Assembly (NCBI GenBank): GCA_964016885.1 | Contig: OZ024766.1 | Location: forward strand, 14,756,001 to 14,820,000 | Source: Eledone cirrhosa | Lineage: Eukaryota | Direction of reading: 5' to 3' | DNA: 64,000 nt | In this document: one piece after another, positions 12,245 through 25,009 of the stretch | Layout: every line of letters starts with the position of its first letter | Numbering within the stretch: position 1 is the stretch's first letter | The notes under the pieces: generated by a model | Seen by the model: the letters and a program-made list of their open reading frames with translations, nothing else | Databases searched by the model: none | Told to the model about the DNA's origin: nothing | Position numbers and translations under genes: made by a program

Positions 12245-12700
12245 GGAAAATGTATGACCCCGACAGTAGAGCTCAAGCCGTTTCGACGGCTATTTCTGGA
12301 CTAAATTAGAATTTTTAGCCTGGTAAATAAATAGCCGAACTTTTCAAGGGGTACTTCCTTATATGGGAAGATTGTAGCTGTCAAGAGGATTGGTCAAAAA
12401 TTCCTGGTAAACACAATTAAGTCTATCATGGCAGTGGGTGGGAGGTGGGGATGGCTGAACTTGCCTGTAGAGCAATGAGGGAGTGGTGGAGCCGGTCAAG
12501 CGTTGAAAGTGAAATCTAAACAGCAAATTCTAAGGATTGTGTATGAAAGTAGGCCAACTTTCATACTTTCCGCCATGGCGATTGGACTGCATACCCTGCT
12601 TTCCAGGTTACCCTTTGCCACTGATATATATATATTTATATATTGAGTACTCTGGTGCATTATGGTCCTTCTGGTTCCTTACCACACCTCCTTTGTTATA
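12245..12700. mobile_element. Diverged non-coding fragment of the Penelope-like family at 6278-6650, with a short inverted terminal segment
   Basis: 12256-12510 aligns with 6369-6630; 12640-12700 is the reverse complement of 6278-6332. Confidence 0.7.
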
Positions 12701-13157
12701 TATATACAACGGCGGCAAAGATTGGAAACCGAATCTGAGCTTTCCCGCCTCTGGGACAAGCTGTGGTAAGTTGTTTACGCTCAAGAGACTAACCCCTTGG
12801 GAGAGGCTAAACACAGGTCAGAGGTGTTTACGCCTGACAGAAAAGGTCAGAGAATATATCCATCTTTCTGAGTTGTTTACGCTTGGCAAACTAATCCCTT
12901 GGGAGACTCTAACCAAAGTTCAGAGGATATATCTATCCTTCTAACTTCAACTCTTATAAATACAGGGGTTGTTTACGCCCCGACAGAAAAGAAGTGATAT
13001 ACAGACAACACAAGTGGCCTTTACAAGCTCTCGTCACGAAATACCAGTCCGTCACTAATTTCCTCTCCTGCCTGGCTGATCGATACAACCACATATTCCG
13101 TTACAACTGGTGACCCCGTAAAACAGACACACAACTTCTGATCATCCACTACAAACG

Positions 13158-13289
13158 ATGTCTCTAGCACACGACGATTCATCTACGGCAGAAATGGCAG
13201 TGAGGGCGGCATTTACATTAAGAATTCCAACATTCTGGGTGCACGATCTAACACTGTGGTTCGCGCACATCCAAGCGCAGTTCGCATAA
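13158..13289 (+). pseudogene. Truncated gag N-terminus
   Basis: [43 protein letters not shown] resembles the KLPPFW..DP.LWFAQ.EAQF gag motif; fused out of frame to RT at ~13283. Confidence 0.75.
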
Positions 13290-15652
13290 TAACACACGAC
13301 CCACCTGTCGCTGCACGACCTAGAAGGCTACCACCAGACCGGCTGAAGTCCGTCAAACAAGAATTTCAGCACATGCTGGATCTCGGCATCATACGTCTGT
13401 CCTCACCCATACACTGTGTACCCAAGAAGTCGTCGAACGACTGGCGAATCTGTGGCGACTACCGTGCACTAAACAACTGCACCGTTCCTAACTCTTATCC
13501 AGTGCCTCATCTACAGGACTTCTCTAGCTCGCTGCACGGGGCTCGCATATTTTCGAAGATCGATCTTGTGCGAGCTTACAATCAGATACCCGTTGAGCCC
13601 GCAGATATTCCAAAGACCGCCGTCACAACACCCTTTGGAATGTTCGAATTTCTGCGTATGCCTTTCGGTTTGCGAAATGCAGCGCAGACATTCCAGCGAT
13701 TCATCGATACAGTCACCAGGGGTCTACCTTTTGTATACGCATACATTGACGACTTACTGGTGGCCAGCAGCTCCGATGAAGCACATGAGAAACACCTGGA
13801 TCTCCTATTCACACGTTTGCGTGAATATGGAATTGTTATCAACCCCAGCAAATGTGAGTTCGGAGTTGCGTCCCTTCATTTTCTGGGACACATCATTGAC
13901 AAAGATGGTATTCGCCCACTTAAGGAGAAAGTCAAATCCATCATTGATTTTCCACAACCTATATCTCTCCGCAAACTGCGAGAATTTCTTGGCCTGGTAA
14001 ACTTCTACAGAAGATGTATACCCCACTGTGCAGAGACAGCCCAACCACTCACAGATTTGCTGCGGCAGCGTACAACCAAAAACGCAAACATCAAGCTCAG
14101 CGAAAAAGAATATACCGCTTTCGCTGAGTTGAAGAAAATGTTGTCCGAGGCTACAATGCTGAGTTACCCCAAACCTGACGCCCCAATGTGTTTATTGACT
14201 GATGCATCCGATTTCGGAGTTGGAGGTGTGCTTCAACAACTCTCTGGCGATATTTGGCGACCTGTATCTTTTTTCTCTAAGCAATTAAAACCCGCCGAAA
14301 CTAAGTATAGCACATTCAGTCGTGAATTATTGGCAGCATACCTTGCTGTCAAGCATTTTCGACACATGTTAAAAGGTCGTGTGTTCTCTATATACACCGA
14401 CCACAAACCACTAGTGTACGCGTTCAATGCCAAGCCTGACCGACACTCACCCAGGGAGGTCCGACATCTGGACTTCATTTCTCAGTACACTACTGATATT
14501 CGGTACATTAAGGGTGCCACCAACTCAGCAGCTTATGCCCTATCGCGCATGGAGCTTAACGCAATCCACACCACTGCCACTATCGACCACCAGAAGATTG
14601 CAGCGGATCAACAGAATGACGAGGAACTGCTGCAACTCCGGAAATCATCCTTGAAATTGAAGGAATGCCTGCTGCCCTCTTCTTCGGGTTATATTTGGTG
14701 TGACATCTCCACAGGCCGCGAGCGCCCATACGTGCCCCGGAAACATCGACGCGACGTTTTCTCGACACTGCATGCTCTGGTACATCCTGGCGTCCGCGCC
14801 ACGCAGAAACTGATGGTTGCCCGCTTTGTGTGGCCCAACATCAACAAGGACACCCGCGAATGGGCTAGGAACTGCATCGCGTGCCAGAAGGCGAAAATTC
14901 ACCGGCACATCAAAGCCCCGATCGCAACACCTGATGCACGGTTCCAACATGTGCATATAGACATAGTTGGACCTTTGCCTCCTTCTCAAAACTACACTCA
15001 TCTTCTCACCTGTGTCGACCGATTTTCTCGCTGGCCAGAAGCTTTTCCCCTGACGGATATTACTGCGGAAACTGTCGCCAAAACGTTAGTGTTTCACTGG
15101 GTTTCACGTTTCGGCACACCCGCGACCATCACTACGGATAGAGGACGTCAGTTCGATTCGAACCTATTTACCGAGCTGACTCGTCTCCTCGGGTGCAAAC
15201 ACATCCGTACAACAGCGTATCACCCTGCCGCTAACGGCATGGTAGAACGCTTACACCGCCAGCTAAAATCATCTATCAAGGCTTACGAAGACTCCACTAA
15301 CTGGTTCGAATACCTCCCACTCATTCTTCTTGGTATTCGTTCCACTGTTAAAGAGGGAGTCGGACATTCTCCGGCTGAAATGGTGTATGGCACCGTACTC
15401 ACTCTACCCGGACAAATGATCACTCCTGTTTCGCCACAAGAACTTCCAGACCCTACAAAATATGTGCACCGTTTACGGTCATCAATGTCGCATCTGTCTC
15501 CTTCAGCCCCTAAACAACAGCACGTTACTTCACACATACCAAAAGACATCGATACATGGACGCATGTTTTCGTTAGAAATGACGGTATTCCATCGCAACT
15601 TCGTCCGCCGTATTCCGTCCGGGCCCTACAAGGTGATACAGAAATGCCCTAA
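13256..15652 (+). CDS. Gypsy pol (RT, RNase H, integrase), lacking protease; GPY/F tail frameshifted
   Basis: RT motifs [24 protein letters not shown]. RNase H motifs TDAS, ELLA, TDHKPL. Integrase HHCC (HALVHPG...CIAC) and DDE (HIDIVG, TDRG, NGMVER). GPYKVI lies in another frame at ~15620. Confidence 0.9.
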   Translation: MVRAHPSAVRIITHDPPVAARPRRLPPDRLKSVKQEFQHMLDLGIIRLSSPIHCVPKKSSNDWRICGDYRALNNCTVPNSYPVPHLQDFSSSLHGARIFSKIDLVRAYNQIPVEPADIPKTAVTTPFGMFEFLRMPFGLRNAAQTFQRFIDTVTRGLPFVYAYIDDLLVASSSDEAHEKHLDLLFTRLREYGIVINPSKCEFGVASLHFLGHIIDKDGIRPLKEKVKSIIDFPQPISLRKLREFLGLVNFYRRCIPHCAETAQPLTDLLRQRTTKNANIKLSEKEYTAFAELKKMLSEATMLSYPKPDAPMCLLTDASDFGVGGVLQQLSGDIWRPVSFFSKQLKPAETKYSTFSRELLAAYLAVKHFRHMLKGRVFSIYTDHKPLVYAFNAKPDRHSPREVRHLDFISQYTTDIRYIKGATNSAAYALSRMELNAIHTTATIDHQKIAADQQNDEELLQLRKSSLKLKECLLPSSSGYIWCDISTGRERPYVPRKHRRDVFSTLHALVHPGVRATQKLMVARFVWPNINKDTREWARNCIACQKAKIHRHIKAPIATPDARFQHVHIDIVGPLPPSQNYTHLLTCVDRFSRWPEAFPLTDITAETVAKTLVFHWVSRFGTPATITTDRGRQFDSNLFTELTRLLGCKHIRTTAYHPAANGMVERLHRQLKSSIKAYEDSTNWFEYLPLILLGIRSTVKEGVGHSPAEMVYGTVLTLPGQMITPVSPQELPDPTKYVHRLRSSMSHLSPSAPKQQHVTSHIPKDIDTWTHVFVRNDGIPSQLRPPYSVRALQGDTEMP

Positions 15653-17042
15653 GTATTTCGTCCTCGACTTGAACGGGAAGCGAAATACCGTCTCCATTGA
15701 TCGTTTAAAAAAAGCATTCATAGAACAGGAATTGCCACCAGTACCCACCGTTTCTCCAGCAGACTCACCAACAATTTTGCCCGACACAAACACGGAAAAT
15801 TCTGCACACCAAATCCGGAAGAACAGTCCGATGGCCCACGCCATGGGATACGTACAAGTTTATCGGGTAAGTACAAATTATGCATCTGGTCGACATTTCG
15901 GCTAATTTGTACATTTCAACGAATCGGCCAATTTCTGTGGTCATGAACTACACACAAATCAATTAACTCTGTGCATCACCCACATCAAAAGAACAGACAA
16001 AAGAACATTTTTCTGTTTCTATGAAATGAACAAACTTTTAATCAACAAACTTTTCGTACGAACATTTTCAATATTATGTAACATCACAGTACATTTTCCT
16101 GAATGTAAATTTCTTTTGCTTTGCATGTTTTCTTCCATGTCTCCTGTTTGTAAATGACTTTCATGTGTTTTTTTATTTTTACTGATTTTCTTCAACAACA
16201 CACCTAGTCATACCTATCTTCATTTCACATGCACCTAGATCGTTCAATCTTAACTTGTTTACGCTCAAGAGACTAACCCCTTGGGAGAGGCTAAACGCAG
16301 GTCAGAGGTGTTTACGCCTGACAGAAAATAGGTCAGAGGATATATCCATCTTTATGACTTGTTTACGCTTGGCAAACTAATCCCTTGGGAGACTAACCAA
16401 AGTTTAGAGGATATATCTATCCTTCTAAATTCTACTCTTATAAAGACAGGGATTGTTTACGCCAAAAACAGAAAAGAAGTGGGATACAGACAAGACAAGA
16501 CGTTTTACAAGCTCTCGTCACGAAAGACCAGTCTATCACTTATTCTCACCTTCCTGGCTGATCGCTGACTCCTGCAATACAAATAAGTAAATATACTGAT
16601 ACGGCGCACAAACGCATTCATAGTGAGTCCAGCATTTGTACACGTATCATTCATTTCTGTTTACACGTATTATAATCGTATTCTGTGATATTTGAATTTA
16701 CGTGGCTCGAAGAGCCACCAAATTATTGTATGAATATTTTGTGTCAATTATTTTATCATTCAATATTCAAATTGAATATTGTTGTAATAAAATAAACTTT
16801 GTAACAACACTCCTGGTATTTTTCTTTACACCGAAACCACCATACCACCAGTTACATCCATCCATCCACTTGTCGTTACAACCACACATAATATTCCGTT
16901 ACACCTCCGTCTATATTTCAACCACTGGAACAACCTCACACAAGAAACAGTTGTCGCACCCTCAGTCAACATTTTAATGTCAAACATCGAAATAAATGTT
17001 ATGAGTGTATATAGATAGATGTATATTGTGTGTGTATATATA

Positions 17043-17250
17043 CAGTAATCCCCCGCTATATTGCGGTTCACTTTTCGCGGTCCCGTTACATCGCGGATAT
17101 TTCTTTGGAACGTATCTAATTTCCTATCGCGGTAATCCTCGCCACATCGCGGATTATTCGTTAGAACATATCTATTTTCTTATCGCGGTACGTCTGAGTA
17201 AAAAGTGTTTAAAATTTAAACTTATTAAATAAGTTTCGATGTTATTAAAG
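17043..17250 (+). mobile_element. Tc1/pogo-like DNA transposon left end
   Basis: TA|CAGTAATCCCCCGCTATATTGCGGTTCAC with repeated ATCGCGG subterminal motifs; no matching right end seen. Confidence 0.55.
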
Positions 17251-17404
17251 AGTATATCGTAAGGAAGGGACATCTTAAGGCTTTAATTATGAACAAATTT
17301 TTATATTTTCATTCCATTATTGTTTTACTGATTGTGTTTTGCTCTAATCTACTACAAACCCTTCATAGATTGGTCTCTCTGTAACATGGTTGTTTCTGGA
17401 ACGT

Positions 17405-17595
17405 ATCATGGCTTAGTGGTTAAAGCATTGGGCTTGCAATCTAAAGGTTGTGAGTTCGATTCTCGGACAGGGTGTTGTGTTGTGTCCTTGAGCAAGACAC
17501 TTTATTTCACGTTACTCCAGTTTACTCAGCTGTAGAAATGAGTTGTGATGTCACTGGTGCCAAGCTATATCAGTCATAACCTTTCTCTTGGACAT
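17405..17595 (+). mobile_element. tRNA-derived SINE
   Basis: TGGCTTAGTGG A box, GAGTTCGATTC B box, TGTGTCCTTGAGCAAGACAC body. Confidence 0.8.
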
Positions 17596-17639
17596 ATATA
17601 TAGTGTATATATACTGTACACAGTGTATATATATCTATA

Positions 17640-19260
17640 TCATCATCACTGTTTTACGTCCCTTCTTCCATGGTAGTATGGGTTAGACAGGTTGTCCTGT
17701 TGTGGGCAGTGCCAGATAGGGTGACCTTGTCTTGCTCAGATGGGAACCGATTTCGGCTTGATTTCCACAGCTGGATGCCCTTCCTAACACCAACCTCACA
17801 GTGAGTGATGGGTGTTTTTTTGTTGTGACACCTCCACGGCCACTTTACAGTGGGAGGGGGTGGGGCATATTGTCTATGTGCTTCAGCGTGTACCCAGGGG
17901 CTACAACACAACCTCCTCTGCTGCACACAGCATTTGATTCCTCTTATGTTCAGTCTCTCCCTCAATTTGTTAATGCTTTGCCGTTCGCGTATATTACTAT
18001 TACACGTCCATCGGAGCATGCAAGCTTCGTTTCTTTCTAATCTACGCAAGTCTTCTACAGACAGTGCCCAGGTCTCACTACCATGTAGCATTGCTGTTCG
18101 TATGCACGTATCATACTGTCTGCCTTTCATTTTGAGGGAAAAGCCTTTTGCAGCTAGCAGTGGCAGTAGCTCCCTAAACTTCTTCAATCCTGTTACTGTA
18201 CTTTCAGAACACCCACCTCCGCTGCTCCTTTCGTCACCTAGGTAGCAAAAGCAGTCTACTGTTTCTACAGATCTCTCCCAGAGTTTGGTGGTGCTTGTTT
18301 CTTTAGTTCTGCCATAGATTCAGCTATAAGTGTAAGATCATCCGCATATAGGAGTTCCTATGGGCATCAGGTCTTAAACTCCTCTGTTATAGCCTGCATT
18401 ACTATTATAAACAGAAGAAGGTTAAGAACAGAGCCCTGGTGGACACCGACCTGTATGCTAGATTCCTCGCTATAGTCATTGTTAACTCTAACTTTGCTGA
18501 CTGCTCCCCTATACATGGCTTGTACAGCTTTCACAAGCCACTAATCTACTCTTAGTTTTCTAAGAGCCCACCAGATTATAGCACGGAGCACTCTGTTGAA
18601 GAATTTTTCCATATCGACAAGAGCCAGGTAGAGCGGCTTGCTTTTAGCTAGGTACTTTACCTGTAACTGCCTCACAAGGAAGAGAGCATCAGTGGTGCTT
18701 TTTCCTGGCACAAGCCCAAACTGCATCTCACCTAGTTTTACCCACTCCCTGATCAACTGTGCTATGACTCTTTCCATTACTTTCATGACCTGGTCCATCA
18801 GCTTTATATCTCTATAGTTTATTCTATCTAGTGCATCTACTTTACCCTTGTAGCAGTTGACGATGATGCTGCTGCACCAATCCTTTGGTATGACACCCTC
18901 TAGTATTACCTGGTTAACAATATGTGTGGTTATTACTTTATCTACCCATTTGTCAGCTAATAGTATACCTACACCACCCATCCCATTGTCATTTCCCACC
19001 CAGAAAAATTTATAGCACTAACTTTTGCCTACAAGGACTCTAGCGAACTCTCCTCTCCACCTAGTCTCTTGCACACAGCATACGTCAATATCCTTTCACT
19101 CTAGCATGTCTATAATTTCTCCTTCCCTTCCTTTCATTGTGCTTATGTTGATGCTGCCGACTCAGAGTTTTGGACATTTGCCATCATTTGTGGGAAAAGG
19201 TGAATTTTTGCAGGGGAGTGTGTATGCTTCCTGTCTCTGAATTAAAGCTTTGCATGGGTG
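17640..19260 (-). mobile_element. RTE LINE with multiple internal deletions
   Basis: ORF fragments 18541-18999 (APE fused to RT) and 17654-18187 match the 8693-12236 family; (GAT)n tail at ~17640. Confidence 0.9.
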
Positions 19261-19361
19261 CTTGGTAACTCGCAGATTCATATTCATTTATTTATTCGGG
19301 GTTGTTCCATTTATCCTTCGCTCCTCCATACATAACGGTGAACAAGAATTCTTTGGTGCAG

Positions 19362-20145
19362 GGCTAGAAGGACAGTAGTAGTAATGGCAGAGTTTGTTGG
19401 GGCTGGTAACGGCTAGAAGGACAGTTGTAGTAATGGCAGAGTTTGTTGGGGCTGGTAACGGCTAGAAGGACAGTAGTAGTAATGGCAGAGTTTGTTGGGG
19501 CTGGTAACGGCTAGAAGGACAGTAGTAGTAATGGCAGAGTTTGTTGGGGCTGGTAAGGGCTAGAAGGACAGTAGTAGTAATGACAGAGTTTGTTGGGGCT
19601 GGTAAGGGCTAGAAGGACAGTTGTAGTAATGGCAGAGTGTGTTGGGGCTGGTAAGGGCTAGAAGGACAGTAGTAGTAATGACAGAGTTTGTTGGGGCTGG
19701 TAAGGGCTAGAAGGACAGTAGTAGTAATGACAGAGTTTGTTGGGGCTGGTAAGGGCTAGAAGGACAGTTGTAGTAATGGCAGAGTTTGTTGGGGCTGGTA
19801 AGGGCTAGAAGGACAGTAGTAGTAATGGCAGAGTTTGTTGGGGCTGGTAACGGCTAGAAGGACAGTAGTAGTAATGACAGAGTTTGTTGGGGGCTGGTAA
19901 CGGCTAGAAGGACAGTAGTAGTAATGGCAGAGTTTGTTGGGGCTGGTAACGGCTAGAAGGACAGTAGTAGTAATGACAGAGTTTGTTGGGGGCTGGTAAC
20001 GGCTAGAAGGACAGTAGTAGTAATGGCAGAGTTTGTTGGGGCTGGTAACGGCTAGAAGGACAGTAGGAGTAATGGCAGAGTTTGTTGGGGCTGGTAACGG
20101 CTAGAAGGACAGTAGTAGTAATGGCAGAGTTTGTTGGGGTTGGTA
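19362..20145. repeat. 49-bp minisatellite, about 16 copies
   Basis: Unit GGCTAGAAGGACAGTAGTAGTAATGGCAGAGTTTGTTGGGGCTGGTAAC; period 49 (19364 to 19413). Confidence 0.95.
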
Positions 20146-21046
20146 ATGGGTAAGGACATGTTGCTGTGGTTTGATTGGTCAAATAGCCAATGGTGGTGAG
20201 TGGGAAATTGTGAGATAGGTAGCCATCATGACATATATCATCACAGGAGATTCGGGGGAAATAAGCAGATATAAGTAGGCCTATTAGAAAAGGCAGATAT
20301 GCAAGAATTTCGAAGATTGTCACCTAGCTTTGAGAGAAAGGAGAGGTAATTGCAGGGGTTAGGGATGAATTTGTAGAGAAAGACACAATGTCCAACATGG
20401 TTTATATCAAAAACAAGGTCGAAGTATATACATTGTGGAAACAAGTCAATGATAATAATAATAATAATGTAAACAGAACATTTTGAAATTGGGGAAGAGA
20501 GATAGCTGTAGAATAGAAATAATCTATGGAAGTCTGGGATATAAGTTATATATATATGTTGTGATGTCACTGGTGCCAAGCTGTATCAGCCATTGCCTTT
20601 CCCTTGGACAACATATATAGCGTATTATATATATTGTACACTGTGTATATATAATATATATATTGTGTATATATACTGTAGACAGTGTATATATGATATA
20701 TATATAGTATATATATATGTAGTGATGTAACTGGTACCAAGCTGTATCAGCTATTACCTTTCCCTTGGACAACATCGGTGGCGTGGAGAGGGTAGACTGG
20801 TATACTTGGGTGACTGCTGGTCTTCCTCAAACAACTGGACTTGTGCCTCAGAGGGGAACTTTCTAGTTGCAAATCACATGGTCATTCTTGACCGACAGAG
20901 GTCTTCGATATGTTAGGTGTGTATATATAGATGTGTATTGATGTCCATGTGGGAGTCATTGATACCAATGCTAGGGATGGCTGGTCTTCTATATTACTGT
21001 ATAACACCAAAGATCTCGATCCTGTGTCATTGTCTTTGAGAAGTGC

Positions 21047-22086
21047 AATTGTGTCAGGTCAACTGTTATCACCTCATCCCAGGTCTTCCTACTTCATTGC
21101 TTCCATCAGTTGTGTGAGGTCAGCTTTTATCACCTCATCCCAGGTCTTCCTACTTCATTGCTTCCATCAGTTGTGTGAGGTCAGCTTTTATCACCTCATC
21201 CCAGGTCTTCCTACTTCATTGCTTCCATCAGTTGTGTGAGGTCAGCTTTTATCACCTCATCCCAGGTCTTCCTACTTCATTGCTTCCATCAGTTGTGTGA
21301 GGTCAGCTTTTATCACCTCATCCCAGGTCTTCCTACTTCATTGCTTCCATCAGTTGTGTGAGGTCAGCTGTTATCACCTCATCCCAGGTCTTCCTACTTC
21401 ATAGCTTCCATCAATTGTGTGAGGTCAGCTGTTATCACCTCATCCCAGGTCTTCCTACTTCATAGCTTCCATCAATTGTGTGAGGTCAGCTTTTATCACA
21501 TCATCCCAGGTCTTCCTACTCCATAGCTTCCATCAATTGTGTGAAGTCAGCTTTTATCACCTCATCCCAGGTCTTCCTACTTCATGGCTTCCATCAATTG
21601 TGTGAGGTCAGCTGTTATCACCTCATCCCAGATATTCCTACTTCATAGCTTCCATCAATTGTGTGAGGTCAGCTTTTATCACCTCATCCCAGGTCTTCCT
21701 ACTCCATATCTTCCATCAATTGTGTGAGGTCAGCTGTTATCACCTCATCCCAGGTCTTCCTACTCTATAGCTTCCATCAATTGTGTGAGGTCAGCTGTTA
21801 TCACCTCATCCCAGGTCTTCCTACTCTATAGCTTCCATCAATCGTGTCAGGTCAGCTGTTATCACCTCATCCCAGGTCTTCCTACTCCATAGCTTCCATC
21901 AATTGTGTGAGGTCAGCTGTTATCACCTCATCCCAGGTCTTCATACTTCATAGCTTCCATCAATTGTGTCAGGTCAGCTTTTATCACCTCATCCCAGGTC
22001 TTCCTACTCTATAGCTTCCATCAATTGTGTCAGGTCAGCTATTATCACCTCATCCCAGGTCTTCCTACTTCATAGCTTCCATCAAT
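21047..22086. repeat. 61-bp minisatellite, about 17 copies, derived from the RTE 3' coding end
   Basis: Period 61. The reverse complement GATGGAAGC.ATGAAGTAGGAAGACCTGGGATGAGGTGATAA.AGCTGACCTCACAC aligns with RTE 11721-11788; the left flank continues as RTE 3' sequence. Confidence 0.9.
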
Positions 22087-22188
22087 TTTATAAAATGCTT
22101 GAAAACAACTTAGAAAAAATGTTAATCAAAATCCAAATTTAATCCCAAAGAGAGGAAATTGGAACATTATCCACTGAAAGTTGCTTAA

Positions 22189-22657
22189 CCCTTTAGTTTA
22201 CAAACCAGCCCAAACTGGCCAGAATTCTCTACCTCTTTCTGTTGAAACTGGTTGTAACTGGTTGCTCAGACTGATGTTAAAGTATTGTTCTCAAAATAAA
22301 TACTTTCAAAATCTGATAGATTCAATATTATGTGAGATAAAGCCTTTACCATGAAAATATAATAGTATATATAAAATAATGTGAATGCTAAAGGGTTAAC
22401 CCTTTAACATTTAAACCGGCAATAACTGGCCAGAGTTCTGTCCTCTTTTTCTTTTTAAACCACTCGTAACTGGCCACTCATACTGATGTTAAAGTATTGT
22501 TCTCAATATAAATAATATCAGATTCGATATTATGTGAGGTAAAGACTTTGCCATGGAAATATAATAGTATATATAGAGTAATGTAAATGTTATGTGAGAT
22601 AAAGACATTACCATGGAAATATAATAGTATATATAGAATAATGTAAATGTTAAAGGC
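22189..22657 (+). mobile_element. Two tandem piggyBac-like MITEs sharing one TTAA (22189-22395 and 22400-22657)
   Basis: TTAA CCCTTTAG...CTAAAGGG TTAA CCCTTTAA...TTAAAGGC TTAA. The second copy has a 60-bp subterminal duplication. Confidence 0.85.
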
Positions 22658-22659
22658 TT

Positions 22660-22700
22660 AAACCCTGAAGAAAGGACTTTTAGGTCCCGAAATATTGGAC
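22660..22700 (+). ncRNA. Degenerate minimal hammerhead ribozyme motif (probable Penelope remnant)
   Basis: CC CTGAAGA AA GGAC TTTTAG GTCC C GAAA TATT GG. Stem I is very short and lies next to the MITE insertion. Confidence 0.4.
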
Positions 22701-22861
22701 AGATAAAAGAACAACAAAAAAAAAACAAAACAAAGATTACCAGGTAACTTTTACTTTTCCTTACCTCATCTTATAGTCCATTTTACATTGTTTAGCCTTC
22801 TATCTCTTTCAACGTTATATTTTATATAGAATGCTTCAAACAAACTACAACATTTAATTAT

Positions 22862-23200
22862 ATATCATCATCATCATCTTCAATTAACGTCCATCTTCCA
22901 CACTAGCATGTGTTAGACGGGTCCCATTTAGAGGCAAGTGTGGGCTGGATGCTTTTTTGCTGTCTTCTACACGTCCAGTGTGGGTGAGATATATATATAT
23001 GTGTATGTATATATCATCACCATTTAGCGTCCATTTTTCCATTCTTGCATGGGTTAGACGGGTCATCCACGCCAGGAGGCAAGTCTGGCCAGGGTTGGCC
23101 ATGTGTCGCACCTTGCTCAGGTGAGGTCTGTAAATTTGGTGGGGTATTTTACAGCTGGATTCCCTTCCTAACATCAACCATGTTTACAGTGTGGAACTGG
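22862..23200 (-). mobile_element. Two RTE-type 3' tail fragments
   Basis: (CAT)n followed by ACGTCCAT...GCATGGGTTAGACGG, the reverse complement of the RTE 3'UTR. Confidence 0.7.
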
Positions 23201-23896
23201 ATGGCTCTGTTATGAGGAGGGACAGGCCAGTTGGCTGCACTGAACTCGTCTCACAGTGGAACTATAATTTTGGGGGCCTGGTACTGGGTGGCACCACTGT
23301 GAGGAGGGGGTAGCCAGTCAGCTGCTCCAAACTCATCTCACGAGGTTACCACAGTTTTGGGGCCCTGTACTAGATGATCCCGCTATAGTGATGGTGTAGC
23401 TAGTTTATATGAATAAGTAAATCTGACGCAGTTTACCAATGTACCGTACTTACTGGCGCCAATGACGACCAATTTTTGAAAAAAAATAATAATCAACCTT
23501 CGGCCTCCAGGACATATGGTAGATATTTTGGACTTATATTAGGGAAAAAGTAATGTCTTCGATGCTAGGAAATATGGTGAAAATGTAAAATTTCCACTGT
23601 TAAATCTATCCCTGCATTTTAAGTATTCTCTATTATCTCATACTGTTACTTTCTTATAAGTCCTATAAGAATGCATTTTTTGCTAAACTGCCATAGAGCA
23701 GACCTCTGAAATGATAGAAGGATATAATTTATAGAGCATGCTGGAATACCACTGCTTACATTGGAGAGAATTTCTCTGGACAGAATGTTGATATCTACAG
23801 TTTACCAATATAGAAATATAACATTTCCACTGTTAAATCTATCTCTGCTTCTAAAGTATTCTCTATTATCTCATACTGTTTCTTTCTTATTTCAGA

Positions 23897-24975
23897 ATAT
23901 CAGATGACATTGGGATAAATTATTATTTTCAATCTTGGATACATCATCTCTATTTATCATCATTTGAAGACTAAAACCTTCTAAACAGAACTTATATAAC
24001 ACTGTTTATATAAATCTATAGTTCAATTACTGTGAAATATTTCCTCAAAACTGAGTTTATTTTCTTCACTATAAGATGGTTTTGTATTTTAACTAAACTT
24101 GGATGAAACAGAAGTTTGTATTATCTTCAGATATTAACTGAAATCACAGTTGAGGGAAATATAGAAGAATATTTTATAAGAAATATAATATAAAAAATAT
24201 TACAAGAAAAACATCTGTATATTCTGTTGAAGAAGAAATCATTATGCCAAATAAATTGACAAAGAAGATTAAATGTGAAACACAATCTAAAGTGTTTAGT
24301 ATTGCTGGTGAGATGACAAAGGTTAGAGAAGAGAAGCCATATCACTGTGATATCTGTGATAAATCATTCTCTCAAAGTGGTACCTTAACTACTCACAAAC
24401 GTATACATACAGGAGACAAGCCATATCACTGTGATATCTGTGGTATATCATTCTCTGGGAAAAGTAGCCTAACTACTCACAAATGTATACATGCAGAAGA
24501 GAAATCATAATGCATTGACATCAGTGATAAATCCTTCTCTCAAATTTGTGAATTAATGAGAATACAAATACATATCATTGTAACATCTTAGGGAAATCCT
24601 TCTCTTTGAATGTTACATTAACTACACACACACATATACATACAGCTGGGAAGCCATATCACTTTGATATATTTGGTACATCATTCTCTAAATGTTGTGG
24701 CTTCACTAGACACCAACATCTACAGGAGAGGAACCATATCACTGTGATGTCTGTGATAAATCCTTCTCTAAATGTTGTGGTTTCACTAGACACCAACATA
24801 TACATACAGGAGAGGAACCATATCACTGTGATGTCTGTGATAAATCCTTCTCTAAATGTTGTGGTTTAATTAGACACTAACATATACAGGAGAGGAACTA
24901 TATCACTGTGATGTCTGTGGTACATCTTTCTCTTATAAAGATTACTTAATGCAACACAATTAGATAAAAACCATG
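23897..24975 (+). pseudogene. Decayed C2H2 zinc-finger gene exon, antisense within the host intron
   Basis: Acceptor tttcttatttcAG at ~23896. ORF 24244-24510 has two fingers ([53 protein letters not shown]) then TAA, followed by several frameshifted finger remnants (ccatatcactgtgatgtctgtg). Confidence 0.8.
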
Positions 24976-25009
24976 TCACTCACCTAAAATAGTGCCATCA
25001 ATGTTGTTA

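Larger units (their letters stand above)
12752..16903 (+). mobile_element. Ty3/Gypsy LTR retrotransposon, internally deleted (gag and protease mostly lost)
   Basis: 5' LTR ~12752/12762-13105 ending GTTACA; PBS TGGTGACCCCG at 13108 (complementary to the tRNA-Trp 3' end). 3' LTR ~16251-16903 ending GTTACA. Possible CCTC TSD, uncertain. Confidence 0.9.

Noticed and set aside
19362-22086. Tandem arrays as possible CRISPR arrays
   Set aside because: Units are contiguous with no unique spacers, there are no cas genes, and the context is eukaryotic.
23443-23578. Pogo-like MITE (CCGTA...TATGG)
   Set aside because: Terminal repeats are too degenerate to support a call.
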